A stretch of DNA of 64,000 nucleotides from an uncultured Bacillota bacterium (GCA_963804645.1 CAWDRG010000009.1:704001-768000); one strand, 5' to 3'. Positions 49,109-58,459 are shown, counted from the first letter of the stretch. Notes: generated by a model not told the origin, from the letters alone. Program-made: numbers and translations.

Positions 49109-50695
49109 TTACTCCTCGGCGGCCGCGCGATCGGCCGCCGTGCCGCGGCGCATCAGGAGCACGAGCGGCAGGCAGAGGAGCGAGATCCAGCCGATCACCG
49201 CGAACGCGTAGTCGTATCCCACCACCGTCGACTGCTGCTGGATCAGCGTCCGCAGCCAGCCGAGCGCCTGCCAGTGCGCGGTGGTCGGGTCGCTGCCGCG
49301 GGTGATGAACATGTGCTGGTACATGTTCCACCAGCGCATGAAGTTCGGATTGGACGTCGACGCGTAGCGGACGAGGTTCGCGCTGGAGGTCGTCGTCTTG
49401 TGGTCGGCGACGGTGATGACGAGCGCCGTGCCGAGGCTGCTGCCGAGCTGCCGCAGGAGGCTGTTCATCCCGGTCGCGCTCTGCATCTGCGCGCGGGGAA
49501 TCGTCGAGAGCGAGGTCGTCGTCAGCGACACCCAGACAAACGACGAGCCGAGGCCCTGGATGAACTGCGGGAGCAGGAGCTGCGCCGGCCCGCTCGCCAG
49601 GGTGAAGCCGGCCATCATGAAGCAGGAGACGGCGCTTAAAATAATCCCGATCGGCAGCATGATGTACACGCCCAATCGGTTGTAGAGGTTGCCCAGGATC
49701 GGCATCGTGAACACCATCGTGAGCGTGCGGGGCATGACGGTGAGCCCCGCCTGCGTCGCGCTGTAGCCGAGGCTCTGCTGCAGGAACAGCGGCAGCAGGA
49801 TGAAGCTGCCGAACCGCGTCATGCTCACGATCCCCCCGACGAACGTGCCCGCGGCGAACGACACGTTGCGGAGAATCCGGACGTTGACCGCCGGCTCCGG
49901 CACGCGCAGCTCCCAGAACACGAACGCGGTCAGCGACACCACCGCGAGCACGATGAGCGTCAGGATGAAGTCGCTCTGAAACCACCCGTTCCGCTCACCC
50001 TCCTCGAGGACGACCTGCAGCGACGCCAGCCCGACCGCGAGCAGGCCGATGCCGACGCCGTCGATCTTCCGGATCTTTCGCCCCCGCATGTACGGCGGAT
50101 CGACGATGTACCGCAGTCCCATGATCAGGCCCAGCACGCCGACGGGGACGTTGACGAAGAAGATCCACGGCCAGGAGAACGTGTCGGTGAGCCAGCCGCC
50201 GAGCGTCGGGCCGATCGCCGGGCCGAGCAGGACAATCACGCCGTAGTATGCCATCGCCTGGCCCTGCTCTTCCACCGGAAACGTCTCGCGCATGATCGCC
50301 TGCGCGGTCGGCTGCAGCGCGCCGCCGCCGATCCCCTGGAGCACGCGGAACGCGATGAGCTCGCCGAGCGTGCGCGAGAGGCCGCACAGGAGCGAGGCGA
50401 CGGAGAAGATGGCGATCGCCGCGAGAAACATCCGCTTCCGGCCGAGGATCGACGCGACCCAGTTCGTGAGCGGCAGCGTGATGACGAGGGTGATCAGGTA
50501 GGACGTGGTGACCCAGGTCACTTCCTGCGTGGTGACGCCGTAGGACGCTTCGATGTGGGCGAGGGAGACGTTGACGATGTTGGTGTCGATGGCGGACATC
50601 ATCGATCCCGCCAACACCGACGCGGCGACGATCCATTTGCCGTGCTGCGCAAACTGATTGTCGCTGCGTGCCGCCAGCGTGATTCCCGCCGCCAC
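49109..50695 (-). CDS. DHA2 (EmrB/QacA) MFS efflux transporter
   Basis: DTNIVNVSL, WVTTSYL, FRVLQGIGGG, GPTLGGWLTD..WPWIFFVNVP. Confidence 0.95.
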   Translation of the reverse strand: MAAGITLAARSDNQFAQHGKWIVAASVLAGSMMSAIDTNIVNVSLAHIEASYGVTTQEVTWVTTSYLITLVITLPLTNWVASILGRKRMFLAAIAIFSVASLLCGLSRTLGELIAFRVLQGIGGGALQPTAQAIMRETFPVEEQGQAMAYYGVIVLLGPAIGPTLGGWLTDTFSWPWIFFVNVPVGVLGLIMGLRYIVDPPYMRGRKIRKIDGVGIGLLAVGLASLQVVLEEGERNGWFQSDFILTLIVLAVVSLTAFVFWELRVPEPAVNVRILRNVSFAAGTFVGGIVSMTRFGSFILLPLFLQQSLGYSATQAGLTVMPRTLTMVFTMPILGNLYNRLGVYIMLPIGIILSAVSCFMMAGFTLASGPAQLLLPQFIQGLGSSFVWVSLTTTSLSTIPRAQMQSATGMNSLLRQLGSSLGTALVITVADHKTTTSSANLVRYASTSNPNFMRWWNMYQHMFITRGSDPTTAHWQALGWLRTLIQQQSTVVGYDYAFAVIGWISLLCLPLVLLMRRGTAADRAAAEE

Positions 50696-50837
50696 GGCCT
50701 ACCCCCCGCTGGGGAGCGAATCGACCGGCGGCGGCCGGTCCGCGGCCGCCGCCGGGGTGAGCGACGATGAATTCACCGGATGACGCGCCGGCGCCTTCAG
50801 GCGCCGGCGCGGTCCCGCGGTCCGTCGGAGTCGGCGG

Positions 50838-51605
50838 CTAGCGGGATCCCCTCGAGCGGCCCGTGTACCGGTAGGCACGCTCCAGGAACTCGCGATCACC
50901 GCCGCGTCCCGGAAACCGGAGATGCGCCCGCGGGGTGTCCGGGGTGATGACGGTGCCGTTGATCCGCCAGTGGCGCTTGATCATCGCCGCGATCTTTTCG
51001 AGGACGGGCTCGGCGCCGTGCAGGACCACGCCGTTGCGCCGTCCCCCGGGCGGCGCCGGCCAGTTGCCGTCGAGGTAGCCGCGCAGAAACGGCGCGGCGA
51101 GGTCCGACGGGACGTCGTCGAGCAGGGCCGGATCGTCGCCGTGGATATCCGAGGAGATGCCCCATGGGAGCAGCGCCTTGCACAGCGTTTGGTCCCGGAT
51201 GTAGAGCTGCCACCCGAGCAGGCTGCTCTGGCAGAACTCGTGCCGGACGTGCGGCTCCGTGAGGTCGGCCATCAGCGTGTCCACGTACGCCTGCGACCGG
51301 CCGCCGAGCGTGATGATCAGCGCGAAGGACGTGCCCTGTCCGCAGATGCGCGCCGCGGCGGTCAGGAATCCGACCCAGTACACCTGCACGTCGGCCGGCG
51401 GCAGTCCGGGCTCGGCGACGCGCGTGCGGAGCAGCGGCACCGGATCCGACAGGCGGGCATCGGCCACCGGCGACAGGATCTGCTGCACCATCTTCAGCGG
51501 CAGGTGCTGGTTGTCGGCGATCTCGCTCGGGCTGCGGCCCTTCCGCGCTGCCCCGCGGATCTGCGTGACGTGCACGCGCCGTTCGAGTTCAGCTGCGCTT
51601 CGCAT
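50838..51605 (-). CDS. N-terminal HTH-like plus degenerate double-LAGLIDADG domain protein
   Basis: RKGRSPSEIADNQHLPLKMVQQIL; motif 1 YWVGFLTAAARI; motif 2 PFLRGYLDGNW. Confidence 0.78.
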   Translation of the reverse strand: MRSAAELERRVHVTQIRGAARKGRSPSEIADNQHLPLKMVQQILSPVADARLSDPVPLLRTRVAEPGLPPADVQVYWVGFLTAAARICGQGTSFALIITLGGRSQAYVDTLMADLTEPHVRHEFCQSSLLGWQLYIRDQTLCKALLPWGISSDIHGDDPALLDDVPSDLAAPFLRGYLDGNWPAPPGGRRNGVVLHGAEPVLEKIAAMIKRHWRINGTVITPDTPRAHLRFPGRGGDREFLERAYRYTGRSRGSR

Positions 51606-51630
51606 GCGCCCGCGAATCACCACGGGCGGC

Positions 51631-51840
51631 CTACGACTCGTTCCCGGGCAGCGACTCTTGCTGAGGCGCGGCCGGGTCCGTCGGGATGGGGGCTGCGGGG
51701 ACGCCCGATTCTGACGCCGGAGCCTCGTCGGTCGGGGCCGTGTGGCCGCGAGACTGCCGCCGCGCGAGCTTGGCGTCGCGCTTCGCCTTCTGCTTGAGTT
51801 CGCGCGCACGCTTGGCCGCGTTGTAGTTTGGACGACTCAC
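51631..51840 (-). CDS. Small protein with a basic N-terminus and acidic/Pro-rich tail
   Basis: AGGAG RBS, GTG; SRPNYNAAKRARELKQKAKRDAKLARRQ. Extended -10 TGgTATACT upstream. Confidence 0.78.
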   Translation of the reverse strand: MSRPNYNAAKRARELKQKAKRDAKLARRQSRGHTAPTDEAPASESGVPAAPIPTDPAAPQQESLPGNES

Positions 51841-51985
51841 CCAGCACGCTCCTGCGAATCCGAAGTACATCATAGTATACCACTCGGGCGCGCGCTTCCC
51901 GGAAGTCTGCGCGGTCCGCGGGCCCGCGCGGGGCGCCGCGCCGCACTCGTGAACCGGGCCCGGACTCGCCCACCCGTACGCGTGT

Positions 51986-52014
51986 TTGACGCCGCAGGCC
52001 CGTCTTGGTACAAT
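51986..52014 (+). promoter_or_regulatory. Sigma70 promoter of the DEAD-box helicase (long ~170-nt 5' leader)
   Basis: TTGACG-17 nt-TACAAT with a TG extension. Confidence 0.75.
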
Positions 52015-52190
52015 AATCGTGTCGTCATACATGCGTTCGGCGGGGGATGTTGACACCGTCCCTCGCGGTGTGTCGCAGGCCTTCTTCGTGGCGAGTTGGT
52101 CCCGGCGAGACACGCGCAGGATGCCGGCACTAACTTGAGCGGCTCAGCCGCACCCGGCCCTTCAGGCCGGATCACGAGGAGGCGATTTGT

Positions 52191-53378
52191 ATTAGTACTG
52201 TAGTGACAGACACCGTTGTGACAGACGTGGAAGTGACCGATCCCCTGAGTTCGTTCGACAGCCTCGCACTTCGCCCGGAGACTTCCCGGGCCATTCACGC
52301 GTTGGGCTGGACCACGCCCACGCCGATTCAGGCCAAGATCATCCCGATCATGACCTCGGGCCGGGACGTCGTCGGGCAGGCCCAGACCGGATCGGGCAAG
52401 ACCGGCGCGTACGGCATCCCGCTCGTCGAGCGCCTCGATCCCGCGAAGCGCACCATCCAAGCCCTGGTCCTGGTGCCGACGCGGGAACTCGCCCTGCAGG
52501 TGGCGGGCGACGTGCGGGCGCTCGGCCGCGGGCGCGGGCTTCGGGTCGTCGCGCTGTACGGCGGGCAGTCGATCGACCGGCAGTTCGCGGACTTGAAGCG
52601 GCATCCCCACATTGCGATCGCGACCCCGGGCCGCCTCTTGGACCACATGGAGCGGCGCACCGTGAACATCGGGACGGCGGAGATCGTCATCCTCGACGAG
52701 GCGGACCGCATGCTGGACATGGGGTTCCTGCCGGACGTGTCCCGCATCCTCGGCAAGACGCCGAGCTCGCGCCAGACGGCGCTGTTCTCGGCGACGATCC
52801 CGATGGAGATCCGGTCGATCGCCTCGCAGCACATGCGGCTGCCGGAGTGGGTGGCGATCGAGGCCCGGGCACGGACCGTCGAAACCGTCGAGCAGTTCTA
52901 TCTCGAGGTGGCGGAAGAGGACAAGGTGAAAGCGCTGCGCCGGCTGATGCGGGACGAGCCGATCACGTCCGGCCTCGTGTTCCGCCGGACGCGGCACCGT
53001 GCCGACCGGCTCGAGCGGGCGTTCGCCCGCGAGGGCGGGGTGGGCGTGATCCACGGCGGGATGCGCGAAACGGCGCGCCTTCGGGCGCTGCGCGACTTCG
53101 AGGAGAAGCGCGTGCGCCTGTTGATCGCCACCAATGTCGCGTCGCGCGGGCTCGATCTTCCCGAAGTCTCCCACGTCATCAACTACGATATCCCCGAGGA
53201 CGTCGACACGTATATCCACCGCATCGGCCGGACGGCGCGCGCGGGACGGCGCGGCGTCGCGATCACGTTCGTCGGCCAGTACGACATCGATCTGTTCGAT
53301 CAGCTGCAGCGCGGCATCGGGTCCGCACTGCGGCGCCACTCCCTCAATATCTACGAGAGCGGCCACCGGGCGCGTTAG
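52191..53378 (+). CDS. DEAD-box RNA helicase (core only), probable ATT start
   Basis: Q motif, AQTGSGKT, PTRELA, TPGR, DEAD, SAT, HRIGRTAR. AGGAGG lies 8 nt before an in-frame ATT; the first canonical start is GTG at 52203. Confidence 0.95.
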   Translation: MSTVVTDTVVTDVEVTDPLSSFDSLALRPETSRAIHALGWTTPTPIQAKIIPIMTSGRDVVGQAQTGSGKTGAYGIPLVERLDPAKRTIQALVLVPTRELALQVAGDVRALGRGRGLRVVALYGGQSIDRQFADLKRHPHIAIATPGRLLDHMERRTVNIGTAEIVILDEADRMLDMGFLPDVSRILGKTPSSRQTALFSATIPMEIRSIASQHMRLPEWVAIEARARTVETVEQFYLEVAEEDKVKALRRLMRDEPITSGLVFRRTRHRADRLERAFAREGGVGVIHGGMRETARLRALRDFEEKRVRLLIATNVASRGLDLPEVSHVINYDIPEDVDTYIHRIGRTARAGRRGVAITFVGQYDIDLFDQLQRGIGSALRRHSLNIYESGHRAR

Positions 53379-53403
53379 CCTCGCCGGGTCGCGAACGGAT
53401 CGG

Positions 53404-53438
53404 GCCCCGACGGCGCATCGCGCGCCGCCGGGGCTCTT
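53404..53438 (+). terminator. Hairpin after the helicase
   Basis: GCCCCGACGGCGC-atcgc-GCGCCGCCGGGGC then TCTT. Confidence 0.45.
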
Positions 53439-53937
53439 CGTGTGTGCGCCCGGTGCGCCGGGGCGGCCCCTCCGCTCATCGCGCGCGAGGTCGGTCGAGA
53501 GGTCGCCGCGCACGTGCACGTCCCCGCGTGCCGGGGCACGGCTCATGTGAGACATCACACCACTCCGTTCGTCTGTATACATGTAGTGATCATGCGCGGC
53601 GATGTCCGTGCCGCGCGCCGCTCCCCAGGCGGGGGAGCCGTGAGAACGTGTCTCATCGACCGGCCACACACGAGCCCGATCGGATGAGACCGCGTTCTTG
53701 ATGGGCGGGGTAGGACGGGTGTTCTGTATGGGGTCAGCGGCGGATCTTGCAACCTATCGCCGCGCCGCGATTCGGGCGAATTCTGGGGCTGCTCGACGGA
53801 GGCCTCTGGTTCTCTCAAAATCTTTCAAGATTCCTCCGAGTTCCAGGAGGAAAAAAGCAAGTAGTGTCGTATGTAGGGTATGCGAGGGCCAAAATAGGCC
53901 CCCCTGGACACCAAATATCGAAAGGAGGGCCCAATTC

Positions 53938-53982
53938 GTGGCAACCAAGAAGAAGGCAGCCAAGAAGGGTAAGAAGCGCTAA
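53938..53982 (+). CDS. 14-aa Lys-rich micropeptide MATKKKAAKKGKKR
   Basis: GAAAGGAGG RBS, GTG start, all Lys encoded by AAG, AT-rich upstream region, downstream hairpin. Confidence 0.65.
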   Translation: MATKKKAAKKGKKR

Positions 53983-54005
53983 ATCGCAATTAGGTACGGC
54001 TTTTC

Positions 54006-54049
54006 CCGGGGGGTGCTGCCCGAATGAGGCAGGGCCCCCCGGACGTTTT
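54006..54049 (+). terminator. Probable intrinsic terminator after the micropeptide
   Basis: CCGGGGGGTGCTGCC-loop-GGCAGGGCCCCCCGG then ACGTTTT. Confidence 0.55.
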
Positions 54050-54123
54050 CCCGGGCGGCGCGCGCATCGCGGCGCGCCGAGGCGGCGGAGGATGATGTCC
54101 GCTCCGGGCGAAACCTTCGCCGT

Positions 54124-55230
54124 ATGACGGATCCCAGGATCGAGAAGCTCGCCCGCGTCCTGATCCACTACGCGCTCCGCCTGGAACCCGGCCAGCTCCT
54201 GCGCATCCGCGGGCCCGCGCTCGCCGCGCCGCAGATTCTCGCCGCGTATCGTGAGGCGCTGGTCGCCGGCGCGCATCCGACGGTGCGGATCAGCGTCGAG
54301 GGCCTCGACGACATCTACTACCGCACGGCCACGGACGACCAGTTGCGCTACGTCTCGGCGCTCGACCGGCACGAGGTCGAGACGCTCGACGCGGAGCTGT
54401 CGTTTCTCGGCGCCTACAACACCCGGGCGATGACGCGGGTCGATCCCGGCCGGATGCGGATGCGCCGCGAGGCGACGCGGGAGCTGAGCCAGCGGTTCAT
54501 GGAGCGGGCCGGCGCGGGCACGCTGCGGTGGTGCCTCACGCAGGCGCCGACCCAGGCCGACGCCCAGGAAGCGGAGATGTCGTTCGGCGAGTACGAGGCG
54601 TTTGTATACGGCGCGGGGCATCTCGATGAAGACGATCCGGTCGCGGCGTGGGAGCACGTCGCGCGCGAGCAGGCGGCCGTCTGCGAGCGGCTCGCGCGCA
54701 TGCGGACCCTGCGCATCGTCGCGCCGGACACCGATCTGACCGTGCACGTCGCCGGCCGCAAGTGGATCAGCGCGGCCGGGACGCACAACTTCCCGGACGG
54801 CGAGGTCTTCACGGGGCCGGCGGAGGACGCGACGCGCGGCACCGTCCGCTTCAGCTTCCCGGCGCTGTACGGCGGGCGCGAGGTCACCGACGTGCGCCTC
54901 GTGTTCGACGGCGGACGCGTCGTCTCGGCGACCGCGGCGAAGGGCGAGCAGCTCCTCCAGGCGATGCTCGACGTCGACGCGGGCGCCCGGGTCCTGGGCG
55001 AGTTCGCGTTCGGCCTCAACTACGGCATCCAGCAGTTTACGCGCAACATCCTGTTCGACGAGAAGATCGGCGGGACGCTCCACATGGCGCTCGGGGCCGC
55101 GTACCCGGAGACCGGCGGGAAGAACACGTCCGGCCTGCACTGGGATATGATCCTGGATCTGCGGGAGAACGGCGCGGAAGTCTTCGCCGACGGCGAGGTC
55201 GTCTACCGGAACGGCCGCTTCCTCACGTAG
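54124..55230 (+). CDS. M29 family aminopeptidase (AmpS/PepS-like)
   Basis: DPRIEKLARVLIHY, NFPDGEVFTGP, LGEFAFG, LFDEKIGGTLHMALG, SGLHWDMI. Confidence 0.95.
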   Translation: MTDPRIEKLARVLIHYALRLEPGQLLRIRGPALAAPQILAAYREALVAGAHPTVRISVEGLDDIYYRTATDDQLRYVSALDRHEVETLDAELSFLGAYNTRAMTRVDPGRMRMRREATRELSQRFMERAGAGTLRWCLTQAPTQADAQEAEMSFGEYEAFVYGAGHLDEDDPVAAWEHVAREQAAVCERLARMRTLRIVAPDTDLTVHVAGRKWISAAGTHNFPDGEVFTGPAEDATRGTVRFSFPALYGGREVTDVRLVFDGGRVVSATAAKGEQLLQAMLDVDAGARVLGEFAFGLNYGIQQFTRNILFDEKIGGTLHMALGAAYPETGGKNTSGLHWDMILDLRENGAEVFADGEVVYRNGRFLT

Positions 55231-55516
55231 GCCGCTCCCCGCCGCGCGCGCGCTCGACGCGCTCGAAGAGGGCGGCGAACTCGGCCTCGGTGCGCTCGGT
55301 CACCTCCTCCGCCATCTCGGCGTAGCGGCGTCCCTCACCCGCCTTGATCTGGATGTTGGAGAGGACGCGGCCCTCGAGCTCGCGGAGGAGTGCGAGCACG
55401 TCGTCGGCCGGGACGCTCCCCCAGTCGCCCGCGAGCACGCGGTCCACGAACTCGTCGAGCGGGCGGGCGTCGTCTTCGCACACCTGCGCGTACAGCTCCC
55501 ACAGGCGCGCGCTCAT
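55223..55516 (-). CDS. Hypothetical acidic protein
   Basis: 97-aa ORF (MSARLWELYAQVC...) whose ATG overlaps the stop of the upstream gene. Confidence 0.75.
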   Translation of the reverse strand: MSARLWELYAQVCEDDARPLDEFVDRVLAGDWGSVPADDVLALLRELEGRVLSNIQIKAGEGRRYAEMAEEVTERTEAEFAALFERVERARGGERPT

Positions 55517-57501
55517 TCGCCTGCGCCCCCGAGTTCCCACGCCTCGAGCAGCGCGGCGACGCTCCACGCCTGGGCGATGCATCCGGCCGCGCCGTACGGG
55601 GACGCTCCCTCGAAGATCTCGCTCACGGTGCCGAGTCCCGCCTCCAGCAGGTGCGCCCGGAACGGCTCGATGAGGCGGCGCGCCGCCGCGCGGTCGCCGG
55701 TCGCGCGCACGAGCGCCGTCGCGTACGGGCCGAGCCACCACGCCCAGACCGTGCCCTGGTGGTACGCCTCGTCCCGGGAGACGACCCCGCCCCGGTACCG
55801 GCCGCGGTAGGCCGGGTCGTCGGGGGCGAGCGACCGCAGGCCGAACGGCGTCAGCAGCTTCGCTCCCACCGCGCCAAGTACCGCGCGGGCCGCCGGCCCG
55901 TCGACCAGCGCGTGGGGCAGCGAGAGCGCGAGCAGCTGGTTCGGGCGGAGCGACCGGTCGGGCGTGCCGTCCGGCGCGATGACGTCGTACAGGTAGCCGC
56001 CGGCGTCGTAGAAGAACGCGCCCGAGAACGCGCGGCGAACCGCGGCCGCGCCGCTGGCGTACGCGGTGCCGTCCCGGCCGAGCATCTCCGACCAGCGCGC
56101 CGCGACACACAGCAGTTCGTGCCAGAGCGCGTTCAGGTCGACCGCTTTGCCCATGCGCGGCGTGATCGCGCGGCCGTTCACGCGGGCATCCATCCAGGTC
56201 AGGGCGAGCCCGGGCTCGCCCGCGGTCAGCAGGCCGTCGGCCGGATCGACGCGGATGCCGTGGCGCGTGCCGGACCGGTACCGTTCCGCGATCTCCCGGA
56301 TCGCCGGGTACACTCGCTCGAGGAGCTCGCGGTCCCACACGCGCGCGAGGTACCGGTCGAGCGCGTGCGCGTACCACAACGCCGAATCCGCGCTCGTGTA
56401 CTCCGGAGGGGCGCCGTCGTCCGGGAACCGGTTCGGCAGCATGCCCTCGCTCACCACGTCGGCGAAGGAGCGGAGGATCTCGCGCGCGTCGTCGAGCCGG
56501 CCGGTGGCGAGCGTAAGCCCGGGCAGCGAGATCATGGCGTCGCGCCCCCAGTCCTCGAACCAGTGGTAGCCGGCGATCACCGAGTGCCGGCCGGCGCCCT
56601 GGACGAGGAACGCGTCCGCGGCGAGGACGAGCGCGTCGCGGAGCCCGCCGGGCCCCGGCAGCGTCGTGGGATCGCGCGGGAGCGCGCCGGCGCGGTCGAT
56701 CAGCGTCTGCTGCCGGCGGCGCTCGTCTTCGTAGGTGGTGCCGGCCGCGGACGCGTCCGGCTCCGCGGAGACGCGCAGGGTGAGGTCCTCTCCCGGCTCG
56801 AGCGACGCCTCGAACACGCCGGGCACGTAGAGGTCTTCGATCGCGTCGAGCCCGCGGTCGCGCTCGACGCGGTGCAGGACGCGCCAGTACCACGCCGGGG
56901 AGTCCGCGAAGCGGCCGCGGTCCACCGTGAGCGTGTACGGGACGGCGCCGGGCCAGGGCGTGACGCGGATGCCGCCCGGGATCGGCGCGACGTCGAACTG
57001 CCACCCGGGGTCGCCGTAGGTGTGCGTGTGGTGATCGCGCTCGGTCAGGTAGGGCCGGATCGCCATGCGCAGCGCCGGGCCGCCCGGGAGCAGCCGGTAC
57101 CGGACGCAGGCGGTGTTCCGTCCGCGCGGCATCCAGACCGCCTTCTCGAGCACGGCGCCGGAGACCGCGAACGTCCAGACGGGAATCGAGCCGTCGAGCC
57201 GGAAGCCCGCGAGCGAGCGGTACCCCTCCGGGTCGATCGTCCCGTCGGCGTACTCGTTCGTCCCGAGCTCGACGAGGCGGCCGCGTCCATCGCGGAGATC
57301 GATCGTCTCGTCGACCTTCGCGACCAGCACGGTGCGGCGGACGGGCGGGGCGAGCGCGGCGACGAGGAGGCCGTGATAGCGGCGGGTGGTCGCGCCGGAC
57401 ACGGTCCCGGACGCGTAGCCGCCGATGCCGTTCGTGACGAGCCACTCGCGGCGGAGCGCCGCGTCGAGAAACGAGAGGAGGGAGTCCGGCAGGCTCAGCA
57501 T
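55513..57501 (-). CDS. Amylo-alpha-1,6-glucosidase / glycogen debranching enzyme (GDE_N + GDE_C)
   Basis: REWLVTNGIGGYASGT, IAGYHWFEDWGRD, LTWMDA, RPNQ, YHQGTVW, QAWS. Confidence 0.95.
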   Translation of the reverse strand: MLSLPDSLLSFLDAALRREWLVTNGIGGYASGTVSGATTRRYHGLLVAALAPPVRRTVLVAKVDETIDLRDGRGRLVELGTNEYADGTIDPEGYRSLAGFRLDGSIPVWTFAVSGAVLEKAVWMPRGRNTACVRYRLLPGGPALRMAIRPYLTERDHHTHTYGDPGWQFDVAPIPGGIRVTPWPGAVPYTLTVDRGRFADSPAWYWRVLHRVERDRGLDAIEDLYVPGVFEASLEPGEDLTLRVSAEPDASAAGTTYEDERRRQQTLIDRAGALPRDPTTLPGPGGLRDALVLAADAFLVQGAGRHSVIAGYHWFEDWGRDAMISLPGLTLATGRLDDAREILRSFADVVSEGMLPNRFPDDGAPPEYTSADSALWYAHALDRYLARVWDRELLERVYPAIREIAERYRSGTRHGIRVDPADGLLTAGEPGLALTWMDARVNGRAITPRMGKAVDLNALWHELLCVAARWSEMLGRDGTAYASGAAAVRRAFSGAFFYDAGGYLYDVIAPDGTPDRSLRPNQLLALSLPHALVDGPAARAVLGAVGAKLLTPFGLRSLAPDDPAYRGRYRGGVVSRDEAYHQGTVWAWWLGPYATALVRATGDRAAARRLIEPFRAHLLEAGLGTVSEIFEGASPYGAAGCIAQAWSVAALLEAWELGGAGE

Positions 57502-57538
57502 CGCGCGCCGCGCGGCCGCCGGGACCCGCGGCGTCGCG

Positions 57539-58459
57539 CTAGTGGCCCTCGAGATAGCGCTCGACGTCCATCGCGGCCATGCAGCCCCAGCCCGCGGCCG
57601 TCACCGCCTGGCGGTACCGCTGGTCGTGCACGTCGCCCGCGGCGAACACCCCCGTGATGTTGGTCATCGTGTGCTCGCGAAGCCGCACGTACCCCTGCTC
57701 GTCCAGTTCGACCTGGCCGCGGAACAGCTCGGTGTTCGGATGGTGGCCGATCGCGAGGAACAGCCCGTCCACGGGAAACTGCTCGACCGCGTTCGTGCGG
57801 AGGTCGCGCAGTGCGAGGCCCGTGACCTTGTCGTCCCCCAGCACGTCCTCGATGACCGTGTTCCAGCGCACACGGATCTTGCCGTGGTTGAGCGCGCGCT
57901 CGGCCATGATTTTGCTCGCCCGGAACGCCTCGCGGCGGTGGAGAATCGTCACGCGGGTCGCGAACTTCGTGAGTACCAGTGCCTCCTCCATTGCCGAGTC
58001 CCCGCCGCCGACGACCGCGACCTCCTTGTTGCGGAAGAAGAACGCGTCGCACGGCGCGCACGAGGAGACGCCGTGGCCGATCAGGCGCTGCTCGTTCGGC
58101 AGCCCGAGCCAGTTGGTGCCCGCCCCGGTCGCGATGATCACCGACTCGCTGGTGAGCGTCCGGCCCCCCACGGCGATCTCGAACGGGCGCCGGCGCAGCT
58201 CGACCGCGGTCGCGTCCTCGTCGATGAAGTCGACTTCGAAGCGCTCCGCCTGCCGGCGCATGACCTCCATCAGCTCCGGCCCCTGGATGCCGTCCGCGAA
58301 CCCCGGGAAGTTCTCGACGTCGGTCGTCATCGTGAGCTGCCCGCCGCGCTGGCTGCCCGAGATCACGAGCGGCCGCAGCTGCGCGCGGGCGGCGTAGACG
58401 GCCGCGGTCAGTCCCGCGGCGCCCGACCCGATGATGACCACCTTGAGCGTGTCCGCCAT
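57539..58459 (-). CDS. trxB: Thioredoxin-disulfide reductase
   Basis: IIGSGAAG, GGQL..TTDVENFPG, SCAPCD, GGGDSAMEEA, FAAGDV..YRQAVTAAG. Confidence 0.95.
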   Translation of the reverse strand: MADTLKVVIIGSGAAGLTAAVYAARAQLRPLVISGSQRGGQLTMTTDVENFPGFADGIQGPELMEVMRRQAERFEVDFIDEDATAVELRRRPFEIAVGGRTLTSESVIIATGAGTNWLGLPNEQRLIGHGVSSCAPCDAFFFRNKEVAVVGGGDSAMEEALVLTKFATRVTILHRREAFRASKIMAERALNHGKIRVRWNTVIEDVLGDDKVTGLALRDLRTNAVEQFPVDGLFLAIGHHPNTELFRGQVELDEQGYVRLREHTMTNITGVFAAGDVHDQRYRQAVTAAGWGCMAAMDVERYLEGH

